This document shows positions 19,287-29,550 of a DNA stretch of 64,000 nucleotides, piece by piece. The DNA is from a candidate division WOR-3 bacterium. Lineage in GTDB: Bacteria; Hydrothermota; Tepidihabitantia; B3-TA06. The stretch covers positions 45,119 through 109,118 of the forward strand of contig CBFGKC010000001.1 of assembly GCA_965649265.1 (NCBI GenBank), written 5' to 3'. The position numbers and the translations under genes were made by a program. Positions within the stretch are counted from its first letter, which is position 1, and the number at the start of each line of letters is the position of its first letter. Below the pieces are notes generated by a model. The model was not told the origin of the DNA. It did no database searches and saw only the letters and a program-made list of their open reading frames with translations.

Positions 19287-20295
19287 AGATCTCCTTTCCC
19301 TACTTTATCAGTAGGCTATAGAGTTAGACCTCTGGTGAACGATGGGGCTTTCATCGTTTAATCAACAGAGCATTTTACCGCAAGTAGCTTTCTCTCAGGA
19401 AAAGCCTTGATGCAAAGCTCCTTGCATTTATTTTATGGTGAATTTCTTTGGTGTGTTCGTAACACTTTTGAAATTCACCTCCCAGTCGAGCCAGTCATTC
19501 AACTAGTCGGCCGACCTGGTATCCAGTTCTCACACATCCTTGGTTTGCACTAAAGTTATTCAGTTGTCAATCAATATTGTAGATTGATAGCAACTATAGG
19601 AAATATACACTTTTTCCATTGTTTGTCAAGTATTTTGTATGTAATTAGCATCAATATCTATAAATCATATATTATGTATATGTTATCTCGTGTCCGTAAG
19701 TGTCCAGGATTAGGTGTCAGATTGGTATAATTCGAAAAAAGGCCGATTTTCAAACCTACCCAAATTTGTGAGCAGGCCTAATTAATGGTATCCCCCCTTA
19801 GTAGAGGGATATTTCCCTTGAGGCCCTACCTGTATAGGTCAGGCTAACTTTTTTGCGAGGTCTTTCGTGTGCAGCACGTTTTGTTGAAGAATTAACCCCG
19901 TATTGTTTAAAAATTCACAATATTTTTGAATGTTTGAAACCTTGTAAAGCACTCCTTTCTTTAAGTTATCTAATTAAAGAGTGTCGAAATTAGAAGTTCA
20001 ATTTTGTTAAAGGATTCTAGTAAAATCCTTGAATAATTGCTCATTTTTGAGCGAAATCGGGGCAGGTTTACGTAATAAACGTTGGGTGTAATTGTATAAT
20101 GCGCTATTAATAGTTAGATAATGCTTGATACTCTCCCCTTGATCATGTCCTAGACTAAACCCTTATATATCTGATACATACAGAATAATTTCCACAGGTG
20201 TATATACCCCTATACCCTCCCGGGGTCCCGTATACCCCAAGGCAAAAAAGTCACGCTCTCGCGGGTGAAAGGCTTTTTATTCTAGTCGAACCCTT

Positions 20296-21222
20296 TTAGG
20301 GTACTGTTACTTGAGTTGAAGCCGAATCCACACCAGTAAGGCTTTTTACAATTACACTCACGCTGTAGGTTCCGCTCTCGGGATAACGCACAATAACACT
20401 AGTATCACCGCTAGTTTTCAGTAATGTAGCATCTGGGTATTGCCATTGACATTCAGGTTCGTCTTCTTCAATTCCTTCGTACCATGCCCACAAAGCAATA
20501 TCTCGGTTCGTAACACTTATGTAATTAGGTTTAATTAACGTATCAGCACCGTCAGCATTTGATACAATCAGAGTAACCGTGTACTGCCCCTCAGTCGAAT
20601 ATATATGGGTTGGGTGGTGAGCCGTTGATGTCTCCATGTCACCAAAGTCCCAAAACCAAATATCAGGACTTCCATTTGAAAGATCAGTAAACATGACGTG
20701 CAAGGGAGCCGAGCCGGATGTTGGTGTTGCTGAGAATTCTGCTTGAGGCTTTACAGGTGTCAGGAAAGCATTGAATGACCTTGCATTTGTTTTTCTTAAG
20801 CTTTGTTCAGGGCTGTATACAGACCATTTTATCTCTAAGTTCATAATACCGTTACTGGAACCTCCACACCAGATCGTATCAGAATACAACGCAGGCTTAT
20901 CATTAATACTGACGATCACCCAGAAGTGTCCAGCTAGTTTTACAGAATCACTTTGTTCTTTGTAGATTGTTGAGGTATATGTACTGTCTCCGTTAATATC
21001 AATAGGTTGAGTATCAAGTAATTTTTCCTCACCGAATGCACTACGATACCAATCAATCTGAATAGGTCCCTCTCCTGATGCAATAATTTCAGCGACAAGA
21101 GAATCTTGCGGTGTCTTTATTGGATCGCCAAGACTGACATTTTTAACTTCGGCTTTCTTGAATAGCTGACAACCCAGACTAAGAACAATAAAGCTTATCG
21201 CAAAGGTAAAGACCTTTTTCAC
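20296..21222 (-). CDS. PKD-domain lipoprotein
   Basis: Lipobox SLGC; PKD signature AEFSATPTSGSAPLHVMFTDLS...WFWDFGD...HIYSTEGQYTVTL. Confidence 0.85.
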   Translation of the reverse strand: MKKVFTFAISFIVLSLGCQLFKKAEVKNVSLGDPIKTPQDSLVAEIIASGEGPIQIDWYRSAFGEEKLLDTQPIDINGDSTYTSTIYKEQSDSVKLAGHFWVIVSINDKPALYSDTIWCGGSSNGIMNLEIKWSVYSPEQSLRKTNARSFNAFLTPVKPQAEFSATPTSGSAPLHVMFTDLSNGSPDIWFWDFGDMETSTAHHPTHIYSTEGQYTVTLIVSNADGADTLIKPNYISVTNRDIALWAWYEGIEEDEPECQWQYPDATLLKTSGDTSVIVRYPESGTYSVSVIVKSLTGVDSASTQVTVP

Positions 21223-21834
21223 GTCTCCTCCTAATCTTTTGTTTACTTGATACTAAACCTTTATTTCGAGTTGTCAAGCCTGCTAATAGCCAACATTGAC
21301 TTGACCAATCCTTTTACTTTTCTTACCGTGCTGCGAAGAATACCTAGAAGAATTGTAGAATTTGTGGCAGGCAAGCTGCCTAAAGAAAAGAAGAGCGGCC
21401 GCAAGTGGTAGGCTTTTCGCTGACGCTCAAGCACAGCCGCCCGCTACCGCCTTACGCTCCGTCTACGCTTCGCTACGGCGGCCATCCCCACCCTGCCACC
21501 CTTATTGTATAGGCAGCTCTCCCTGGGCTGTCCTCGGGCTCGCAGAAAGCCTCGCCCGCAAGGGTGCTGCCAACGTCATCACTCACTGCCCCCGCAACCC
21601 TCCCATTCAACGTCTACCCACTAACCTCACACCAACCAACCAAGACTCAGGGTTTTGTCTCTAAAACCCTTTGACCATTGCCGCCAAAACTCCTGAAGAT
21701 GCGGGCGTCGGCTCCTCGAACTGCGTCGCCCTGCGGCAGCCACACGGCGAGCGTGTAGGGCGTTGTGGCGAGTGAGGGGTATACTACGGGTAAGGGGTTG
21801 ACAAACCTTATATTTCGAGATATATTATATTCTT

Positions 21835-24198
21835 ATGGAGGGTATTTTTCAAAAGCCCATAGTTTTATTTTTACTTTGCCTTACGACTCTTAATGCAGAG
21901 ACTCAAGATAAATGGTCCGTGGTCTACCCAGACAGTGTTTCATCTAAAAGGATAGTTTCGTTGTACAGGTCAGGATCTACGATTTTCGTTGGCACTAGCC
22001 AAGGTATTGATTTGTTTGAAAAAGAAAAACCCTTTGAGTACTCCCCTCCGTTTATTTCAAAACTTGGTGAGGTAGTGGCCATAACTAAAGATATGAACGA
22101 TCGTCTATGGTGTATTATTGCAGGGAGACTTTACGTTAATTTTTCAGACAAATGGATTAGGTGCACTTTAATTGGACTTGATTCTTTGGGAGAAGTCAAA
22201 TCATTTGCTGTAGGTCCGAGAGATTTGACAATTGGTACAAACAGAGGGTCAATATATTCGTTAAACGTAAAAGCCCCAATTAAACTTGATACCCTTGAAG
22301 TAATTGGCACATTATTGCTTGATTCTCTTCTAACGAGTGGTGATTCTTTGGTTCTTGATTCTCTATTAGAAAATGCACTGACAGTAGAAGTGCATGAATT
22401 ACCTCTTACGTGGAAAACCGATGTCATTTCTGACATTCAGTATTGGCGTGGAGGGTTTTATTTTCTCGCTACACCAAAAGGGTTCTTATTATTTAACAGT
22501 GAAAAACCTGGTCAAAAACCTAAAGAAATCGGCAGAGAAGTTACGGCTGATTTGCAGATAGGTATATGCGCAGCTAAAGAGTCGGATTCTTCGATATGGT
22601 TAGCAGGTACTGGTTGTGTTGGTCGAATCAATCCTTTAGAACCCAAACAAAAACCTGAAATCCTCGAAATTCCAAGCGTAAAAGCTATAACAATAGATTC
22701 ATCTAGTCATAGATGGTTGATATGTTCAGAGGCTTTATTTGAGGTGTATCCTGAAACTTTGGTTTTCTTAAAACATTCTCTTCCAGAAAATTTAATGGAA
22801 TGGAAACTCAATACCGTCCTACCTCTATCCGGCGATAGCATCCTATTAGGGACAGATAAGGGTATACTTTTATTTCAGCCTGCAAGACCTCAACTTTCAC
22901 TAGAGAATATCAAGATTGAACCAAAAAGGGATTCAAAAGACAATGTGATATTGAATTTTGAGATCATCAACGCGGATGCTTATCCATACATAGAATGTCA
23001 ATGGTTTGGCGAAGGAATTACCAGATCTGACATAACGCTTAAACCCTTGAAAACACAACGAATAAATTTGGGAAACTTAGAACCTGGGAAAAATCAGATA
23101 ACGATCTTGATTCGAAGGCCTTTCGACAATGAAAAACCTACAGAAGATTCATTATCTGTATTGGTTCCAAGACGTCATCATAAAACACCTCCTTCATTAT
23201 GGGTAATTCTAATCTTAGTATTCACGATAGTCATACTTTCTTTTGTTATTTTTTTTGTATACCAGAAAAAGAAAAGAGAGGTTAAGGAACTACGTCACGC
23301 TAAATCTCTTCTCCGGGGGAATCCCTATATAGCCGGGGCTCCCATAAGAGATGCCAAAAATTTCTTCGGGCGGAAACAAATCCTAGAAGAGGTACTGGCA
23401 GGAATTCATAGTAATAGTTTTCTGATACATGGAGAAAGACGGATAGGTAAAACAAGCTTACTTTACCAAATCAGGAATCGTATCAGAGCATCTGCAGACG
23501 ATGAATATGAGATAATTCCCGTTATGGTTAGCTTAGAGAAATTTGAATCGGAAATCAAATCAAGTAAAACCCATAAGCCGTATTTACGATTATCCACGAG
23601 GTTCTATACTAACCTCGCTCATGTCATCGCTCCTAAAGTCTATAAGAAAAAAGAATACTCCAAGATGCTAAAGAGAACCTATCCTTACAGTAAATTTGAG
23701 GAATTTAGCGAATCTCTATTCAAATATCTACAGGATAAACATAAAGGAAAGACAGTTAGGGTCATTCTTCTAATAGATGAAGGCGATGAGATGAACAATT
23801 ATGGTTCGGATTTCCACAAGCAATTCCGCGGTTTGTTCCAAAGTTCTTACGCAGAAGTTTTTAACATTGTCCTAACTCTGAAGGAATTCAGTCCAGAGTG
23901 GCGACATGTAACAAGTCCTTGGTATAATTTCTTCAATGCAATTCCCTTGCCTCACATGACCGAAGAAGAAACATACATCCTTATCCAGGAATATGTTCAA
24001 GGTGGAGTGAAGTATAGACGCAAGGCTTTGAATCTTATATGGGAAATAACACATGGTCATCCGTATGAAATCCAACGCTTGTGTTCAAAAATTTTCAACT
24101 TACTTGGTGATAAAGTCTACGTCAACAGAAAAGATGTTGTCCATGCCGCAAATGAATTATATAACAAGCATGGAGCACTTGATGAGAAATCCATATAA
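21835..24198 (+). CDS. Signal peptide + beta-propeller/Ig ectodomain + TM + cytoplasmic STAND-class P-loop ATPase
   Basis: Reg_prop-like blades (IFVGTSQGI, LTIGTNRG, ILLGTDKGI); TM LWVILILVFTIVILSFVIFFVY then KKKR; NPY..G.P..FFGR; Walker A GERRIGKTS; Walker B LLIDE; GHPY. Confidence 0.8.
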   Translation: MEGIFQKPIVLFLLCLTTLNAETQDKWSVVYPDSVSSKRIVSLYRSGSTIFVGTSQGIDLFEKEKPFEYSPPFISKLGEVVAITKDMNDRLWCIIAGRLYVNFSDKWIRCTLIGLDSLGEVKSFAVGPRDLTIGTNRGSIYSLNVKAPIKLDTLEVIGTLLLDSLLTSGDSLVLDSLLENALTVEVHELPLTWKTDVISDIQYWRGGFYFLATPKGFLLFNSEKPGQKPKEIGREVTADLQIGICAAKESDSSIWLAGTGCVGRINPLEPKQKPEILEIPSVKAITIDSSSHRWLICSEALFEVYPETLVFLKHSLPENLMEWKLNTVLPLSGDSILLGTDKGILLFQPARPQLSLENIKIEPKRDSKDNVILNFEIINADAYPYIECQWFGEGITRSDITLKPLKTQRINLGNLEPGKNQITILIRRPFDNEKPTEDSLSVLVPRRHHKTPPSLWVILILVFTIVILSFVIFFVYQKKKREVKELRHAKSLLRGNPYIAGAPIRDAKNFFGRKQILEEVLAGIHSNSFLIHGERRIGKTSLLYQIRNRIRASADDEYEIIPVMVSLEKFESEIKSSKTHKPYLRLSTRFYTNLAHVIAPKVYKKKEYSKMLKRTYPYSKFEEFSESLFKYLQDKHKGKTVRVILLIDEGDEMNNYGSDFHKQFRGLFQSSYAEVFNIVLTLKEFSPEWRHVTSPWYNFFNAIPLPHMTEEETYILIQEYVQGGVKYRRKALNLIWEITHGHPYEIQRLCSKIFNLLGDKVYVNRKDVVHAANELYNKHGALDEKSI

Positions 24199-25681
24199 AT
24201 ATCTCAAACATGTCTCTGCGGATGATTTTTACAATAGGGATGAAGTCATTACTCAGGTATTAGATTCTAATAACAAAGAAAACATAGCTATAATTGGGAT
24301 TAGAAGAATAGGCAAGAGTTCAGTGTTGAGGCATATAGAACACCTTACTCGGAATGATCCAAAATATTCAGGTATCTATATACCAATCTACATTGATTTC
24401 GAAACCCTCTCGAAAAGTGCTGATGATGCAATTCAAAGAATCAAAAGTATAGCATTGAGAGAGCCATTACTGAATGACAGGTATGGGGCAAAGATTTCGC
24501 TTCGGGAGACTAGCTTGGAAAGTTTCTTTTTCAAAATCTCTAGAATCGCACAAAGTGAAAATAGAGACATCCTTTTTCTTTGTGATGAGGCTCAGCATAT
24601 TGAGGAAATGGATGAAAGCGCTAAAAGCATTTGCGATGCGATGAAGGTGGTATCTGAAGCTGAACCGAATTTCATCGTGGTTGTTGCATCATCTCCTCTT
24701 TTTCATAGAATACGACTTCTAATCCAATTAATTAGTTCTTCAGAGCAAATTGTTTCCTTGGGCAGGTTCGAAAACGGTTTTCCGATCGAGCTCGCTTCTT
24801 TATCCAAAAAGGGCAAACCTCCTCCTCTATCACAAAGAGTTATTAATAAGATTGTCAAGCTTTCAGGCGGTCATCCGTATTTCCTCCAAAAACTCGGAAG
24901 TAAGTGTTGGCCTGATTTCAATCTATCTCAGGAATTTTCTGAAACGCGGCTAAGTAAAAGTGAAAAGAGTATCACTAAGGTTATCTGGAATTTATTAAGG
25001 ATTAAGAAAGACTCTGAGATGAAGGAAAGTGGACGAATTATTCGTCTCTTCAGGTCAATTTTCTTAAACCTCCTAAGACATAAGAAAATAACTGAAGCTG
25101 CAAAGGAAATAAGCAAAGGGAGTATCGAATCGGATCAATTCCAGGATGATATTGAAAGTCTAAAGGATCACGAGAAGGAAATCTTACGTGCCCTTGCTGA
25201 ATGTAGATCAAAAGTAACATTGAGAAGACTCTCAACATTAACAAGAATTGAATTAAACCATGCCGAGTCATGCTTGTCCTGCCTTTCTGATTTAGGTCTA
25301 GTGACTAAAAATGGAAAGCGCTATGAAATAACGAATAAATTTTTCCAAGACTGGCTTTACTGTCGCCCTAGTGAAGATACTGTAAAACGATTGAGGCTAA
25401 ATTGTTTCATCGCATGGTTTTTATTTGGTATTTTAGTTCCCTTGCTCTCTGGTCTATTCGTAAGCAAAATAGTCCCTTTGGCTACCCCAATATTCGCCAT
25501 AAACCTTATTGCGACATGCCTTTTTTTAGCCTTAGCAATCGTAGGTTTCAGTTATCTCAACATTGTTCCCCAAAAGAGATGGAAATTAGCAAAAGATTTT
25601 TCAATGGGGTTCTTTTTTGCCTTCTTAACAACCTTATTGGCCCTATTGTATCAGATTTGTGGTCTATTTACTTCTCAATAG
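24182..25681 (+). CDS. STAND-class ATPase with wHTH-like region and three C-terminal TM helices
   Basis: MRNPY...FYNR; Walker A GIRRIGKSS; Walker B FLCDE; GGHPY; LSDLGLV wHTH-like segment; hydrophobic C-terminus; start overlaps the previous gene. Confidence 0.8.
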   Translation: MRNPYKYLKHVSADDFYNRDEVITQVLDSNNKENIAIIGIRRIGKSSVLRHIEHLTRNDPKYSGIYIPIYIDFETLSKSADDAIQRIKSIALREPLLNDRYGAKISLRETSLESFFFKISRIAQSENRDILFLCDEAQHIEEMDESAKSICDAMKVVSEAEPNFIVVVASSPLFHRIRLLIQLISSSEQIVSLGRFENGFPIELASLSKKGKPPPLSQRVINKIVKLSGGHPYFLQKLGSKCWPDFNLSQEFSETRLSKSEKSITKVIWNLLRIKKDSEMKESGRIIRLFRSIFLNLLRHKKITEAAKEISKGSIESDQFQDDIESLKDHEKEILRALAECRSKVTLRRLSTLTRIELNHAESCLSCLSDLGLVTKNGKRYEITNKFFQDWLYCRPSEDTVKRLRLNCFIAWFLFGILVPLLSGLFVSKIVPLATPIFAINLIATCLFLALAIVGFSYLNIVPQKRWKLAKDFSMGFFFAFLTTLLALLYQICGLFTSQ

Positions 25682-25874
25682 AACTCATCAATGCCAATGC
25701 ATAAGCAATCAGTTTTTTGTTGCTTCAACAACCTACCAAGCAAGTCTTTCAACCTAATCTTGCCCTAAATATCCGATATAGAGAACTACATAAAGTCAGG
25801 TTTATATGGACTACGTCAAATTTCAATATACAATCTCAACATGAAATAATAAACAGAGGGAAAAAGGAGGCCAT

Positions 25875-26129
25875 GTGAGAATCCCTTTAATTGAAAGTAA
25901 CACTAAGACAATCCACATCAAGAAAGAACAACATGAAGAGAGGTCCGAGAGAAAAGGCAAATACTACTGGTCAACTCATCCGGGCAGTAGACATGTCTAT
26001 CATACATGCCGAAAATGTACTGAAGGCAACAACATCGAAAAGAGTAATTTTGAATCAGGCAATAATCCTCCTTCAGATTATCGGAAGTGTGAGAAGTGTG
26101 ATTTGTTGAAAAAGGCAGGGCGTTGCTAA
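25875..26129 (+). CDS. Small Cys/His-rich hypothetical protein
   Basis: VYHTCRKCTEGNNIE...CEKC possible Zn site; GGAGG upstream; start uncertain. Confidence 0.45.
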   Translation: MRIPLIESNTKTIHIKKEQHEERSERKGKYYWSTHPGSRHVYHTCRKCTEGNNIEKSNFESGNNPPSDYRKCEKCDLLKKAGRC

Positions 26130-26203
26130 ACTAGGGGTCCTATAGGGTGATTCTGAATAGGAAAATACTGACAGTATGAACTAGCCTTAGATAGCCCGAT
26201 TTG

Positions 26204-26238
26204 AAAAAGAGGCTCAGATTTATGCCTGAGCCTCTTTT
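26204..26238. terminator. Bidirectional intrinsic terminator
   Basis: AAAAAGAGGCTCAG-loop-CTGAGCCTCTTTT between convergent genes. Confidence 0.8.
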
Positions 26239-26259
26239 CATTTGTCTGAATTCTTTTTG

Positions 26260-29200
26260 TTACCTCACGAGCACGACCTTTGAGGTTGCTACTTTGCCGT
26301 CCTTGGGTACTGCCCGTACGAAGTAGACGCCCTTGGCCCATCCGTCGCAGTCAACGGGTGTCTCAATCCTTGCAAGCTTCTGGACGCCCTTAAGCTCTTG
26401 ACGTACTACCTGACGGCCCGAAACGTCGTATACCGTTATCATGCAGTCGCCGCCCGTCGTGAAGATGCTCAGTTTTGAACCTACAAGGATGTTATCCGGT
26501 ATTGACATCTTGAATACTGAAGGCGGTATGAACACTACAGGCTTGCCGTCGCTCTCCTGGTTGCCGCCTGAGCCGTTGTAGATTGCCCACTTGGGGCCGG
26601 TGAACGTTCCATGCTGGTACAGTTCCGCCGCTCCTGAGCCGTACTTGGTTACGTGTGCAAAATAGCTCTTGCCGTCGTATGCTGCGTCGAACCTCGTTGT
26701 CGTCCCGCCTGGCAATGTGCGTTTGTAGACGTTTCCCGAATCGGCGGTTACGTAACAAGTCCAAGTAACCTCGTTACCCCCTACTTGCGGGTAACGGTTA
26801 CGGCCTGAAACATTCGAAACCTGAGTAGCCGTCGAGAAAAGGTTGTCATTCGAGCGGGGTTTAGAGACAACGTATACCTTGTCGTTCGCGTTGAAAACAG
26901 CCAAGACTTCGGTAGTGTTGCTTTCAATGTCAAGGAAGGGAACTAAGGGTTCGCCTAAAGTATCGCTCTTGCTTGAGGCAAATTTGTACGGGCCATTCCA
27001 ACCTGAAGAGTTCTTCATAAAGTAGTAACAAGCTGAGGTATCGCCTTTCCTGCATCCGTAGGCTATGTAAATCCTGTTATACTGACTGTCAACCTCTATT
27101 GATGCACCAAGTATGCGGGTATCCTCAGTAAAGTCGGTGTCAAGGATTTCTTCGGCAAGATTCTCAGGTTTGGTTTTGAAAAACCGAGCGTAACAAAGTT
27201 TATCCTGCCCATTATCACGTGTAATGTAGGCAAGGTGAACGGTTCCTGGACCGTCAGTACCGCTGCCGGGGGGAACGGTTCCATCTATTCCGCCAGGATT
27301 TACGGTGCTGCCGTATGTTCCGTAGCCGTAGTCTATGGCAACAGGGCCGGGTATGCCGGAAAGATCGAGGGTGTCAAGAGGATATTTCCATGTAGTGTCT
27401 GGCCTTGGTTGTAAAATTCCGGCCACAACCGCCGAATCTATCGTTTCTTCTCTGTAACTGTAAAGGACTTTCGAACAAGAAGTGTCGAAAAACACAGCCA
27501 TAGGAGAATTGTTATTGTCAAGAGCAAGAGCAGGCCAGATGCCATAACCGATGCTATCGTAGTACAATGGTTGTGGTCCGACCATTTCAGCTTTGAACCA
27601 TATAAGCGAAGGATCATAGGTTTTAGTGTAGTAAATATGGCCTTTCAACGGGTAGATGAAATGGAAGGTGTCGTCCGAGTCGCAGATAAACTTACGTTGA
27701 GTGGTTCTATCCATTGCCACCTCTTCATCCGTCCAGATGCGACTGCGCCTTATACAAAGCTGAATTACGCCGGGGCTGGAATAATGTATGCCTTCAAGGC
27801 TCACGTGCGTTGGTAGATTTTGGAGGTGAAATCTCTCTACACTATTATCAGGATAAGTAAAATTGTATGTGTAAGTATACGGTGTTCTGTTATTATAGCC
27901 ATCTGAAGAGGGATTCATCAACGTATGAAACGCGGTCTTGTAAGCAGGATTGAAAAAATCTGAGGAGTCGCACATAGAGGCTTTGTTATTACTTGCCCAC
28001 CATCGTGTTTGAGAGGAGTCTGACCACCATGACCAACGGTCTATTCGATCCCAGCCCGCTTCGGTACCGAATGGTGATGGGCCGTTGCCGTAAAGGTTCT
28101 TTAGTCCTTCGGCGCATTCAAGGTCTTCGTACTTCGCTAATTCGTTGTTCATGTTGTCTGAGCACCAGAACCGGTCGTTTACGTGCCATACAAGAAGGCC
28201 ATCAGCTCCAGGTTTTGCGCCAAGCTCAAGCTCCTCAGGGAAACAACGGCCAAGCTCATCAAGCCAGTGGTCATCAGGCTGGTAGTTGGCAATAAGAAAA
28301 TACTCACGGAGAAGATTAGGCCAGGTGCATTCAACAGGTGGGTATCTTGTTATGCTGTCCACAGGTATCAAATAAGCCCTTCGCGTTTCGTCTGTAGTAG
28401 CTAAATTGAAATCACCAAGCGTCACGTTCTGCGAGTTCGTGTTTATCTCCATTGGTTTGAACCAGCCCAAGACCATGCGCTCCCAAGGGGTGTAAAGCTG
28501 GGCGTGTTTTATCCAGCAACCTAATTGCATTGCTGTATACTTCCCTGCTCCTCCCGAGCCATGATACGTTCCATAGTCGTACCTGTCGGGCAAAGCGTGT
28601 TCATAATCACCGTTAGATTGTTTAAGTGGATAATTAACTGTTTGTGAATTAAAATAATGACCTAGCTCGTGCAAACATCCGGCGCAAGTAACAAGAAGAT
28701 TTATACGATCTCCTGGGTCAAGGTCGTAATACGACATCGCTGAACCAATATTGACACGCTGAGTTACTGTTACGTATTTCGTGGTATCCTTATCCCATTT
28801 GTCATTCGTCTCAAAATATTCTTTATCCCCACTGCAATTCCTTACAAAGCCTTGGTTTGACGAATCTCTGTGAAAAACACCTAGTGAATCCTTGAATCCA
28901 AACCGTGCCGCTGGATTAAGCGGATCGATAAAAAAAAGGAAGTCAACTAATTTATCGTCCGTGGTGTCATAGTCGTTGAAATCAACGTAAGGGTCTATGG
29001 CATTGATTATATCCTTTTCAAATGTAAAAAGACGATCAGTTTTACAGGTATCAAGATACCATTCAAATGAATGCGGTGCCGTAATATATCTGCCGCCCAT
29101 CCCTGGATTGACTTCCCCAATCATCTTGAGGTTACCCCACGATGCGGTGTAAAGATAGTTTGAGATTGACCACTTATATTTGGGATTGTTAAGTAATTCC

Positions 29201-29430
29201 CAAGTGCATGGAGCAAGAAGGGAATCGTAAAATGGAGGATAATAAGTCGCAGTATCCTCAGGGAACTTTGAAATTAGTACGAGTACCTTTTGTGCCCCGG
29301 TATGTATTGAGCAATAAGAACTGGTATCTTGTCCTGGTTGTTGGTCAGGCTCCATCCACCATTCGTAGTTGGTTGCATGCAAAGACGAAAAGATGAGAAC
29401 GACGGCAAAAAACAGGGATTGTTTAATCAT
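26260..29430 (-). CDS. Secreted M6-like (immune inhibitor A-type) zinc metalloprotease with T9SS-type C-terminal domain
   Basis: Signal peptide; VDFNDYD; HELGH...LPDRYD; WERMVLGW; EYFLIAN; GLLVWHV; C-terminal VYDVSGR...GVYFVR...KVVLVR; GGAGGAG RBS before ATG 29430. Confidence 0.8.
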   Translation of the reverse strand: MIKQSLFFAVVLIFSSLHATNYEWWMEPDQQPGQDTSSYCSIHTGAQKVLVLISKFPEDTATYYPPFYDSLLAPCTWELLNNPKYKWSISNYLYTASWGNLKMIGEVNPGMGGRYITAPHSFEWYLDTCKTDRLFTFEKDIINAIDPYVDFNDYDTTDDKLVDFLFFIDPLNPAARFGFKDSLGVFHRDSSNQGFVRNCSGDKEYFETNDKWDKDTTKYVTVTQRVNIGSAMSYYDLDPGDRINLLVTCAGCLHELGHYFNSQTVNYPLKQSNGDYEHALPDRYDYGTYHGSGGAGKYTAMQLGCWIKHAQLYTPWERMVLGWFKPMEINTNSQNVTLGDFNLATTDETRRAYLIPVDSITRYPPVECTWPNLLREYFLIANYQPDDHWLDELGRCFPEELELGAKPGADGLLVWHVNDRFWCSDNMNNELAKYEDLECAEGLKNLYGNGPSPFGTEAGWDRIDRWSWWSDSSQTRWWASNNKASMCDSSDFFNPAYKTAFHTLMNPSSDGYNNRTPYTYTYNFTYPDNSVERFHLQNLPTHVSLEGIHYSSPGVIQLCIRRSRIWTDEEVAMDRTTQRKFICDSDDTFHFIYPLKGHIYYTKTYDPSLIWFKAEMVGPQPLYYDSIGYGIWPALALDNNNSPMAVFFDTSCSKVLYSYREETIDSAVVAGILQPRPDTTWKYPLDTLDLSGIPGPVAIDYGYGTYGSTVNPGGIDGTVPPGSGTDGPGTVHLAYITRDNGQDKLCYARFFKTKPENLAEEILDTDFTEDTRILGASIEVDSQYNRIYIAYGCRKGDTSACYYFMKNSSGWNGPYKFASSKSDTLGEPLVPFLDIESNTTEVLAVFNANDKVYVVSKPRSNDNLFSTATQVSNVSGRNRYPQVGGNEVTWTCYVTADSGNVYKRTLPGGTTTRFDAAYDGKSYFAHVTKYGSGAAELYQHGTFTGPKWAIYNGSGGNQESDGKPVVFIPPSVFKMSIPDNILVGSKLSIFTTGGDCMITVYDVSGRQVVRQELKGVQKLARIETPVDCDGWAKGVYFVRAVPKDGKVATSKVVLVR

Positions 29431-29550
29431 CCACTCCTCCTTGAGAAAAGGTTGTTTATATTGGATGGATATTATGTAAAACTTAAAATTTGTCAAGAGG
29501 GTGAACTTTTTATGAGTTGACATGGAGCTTTCAAAGATTATACTTTTGTG

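Noticed and set aside
26134-26148. GGGGTCCTATAGGGT as another hairpin-repeat copy
   Set aside because: It lacks the 23-nt inner hairpin and is too short to assign.
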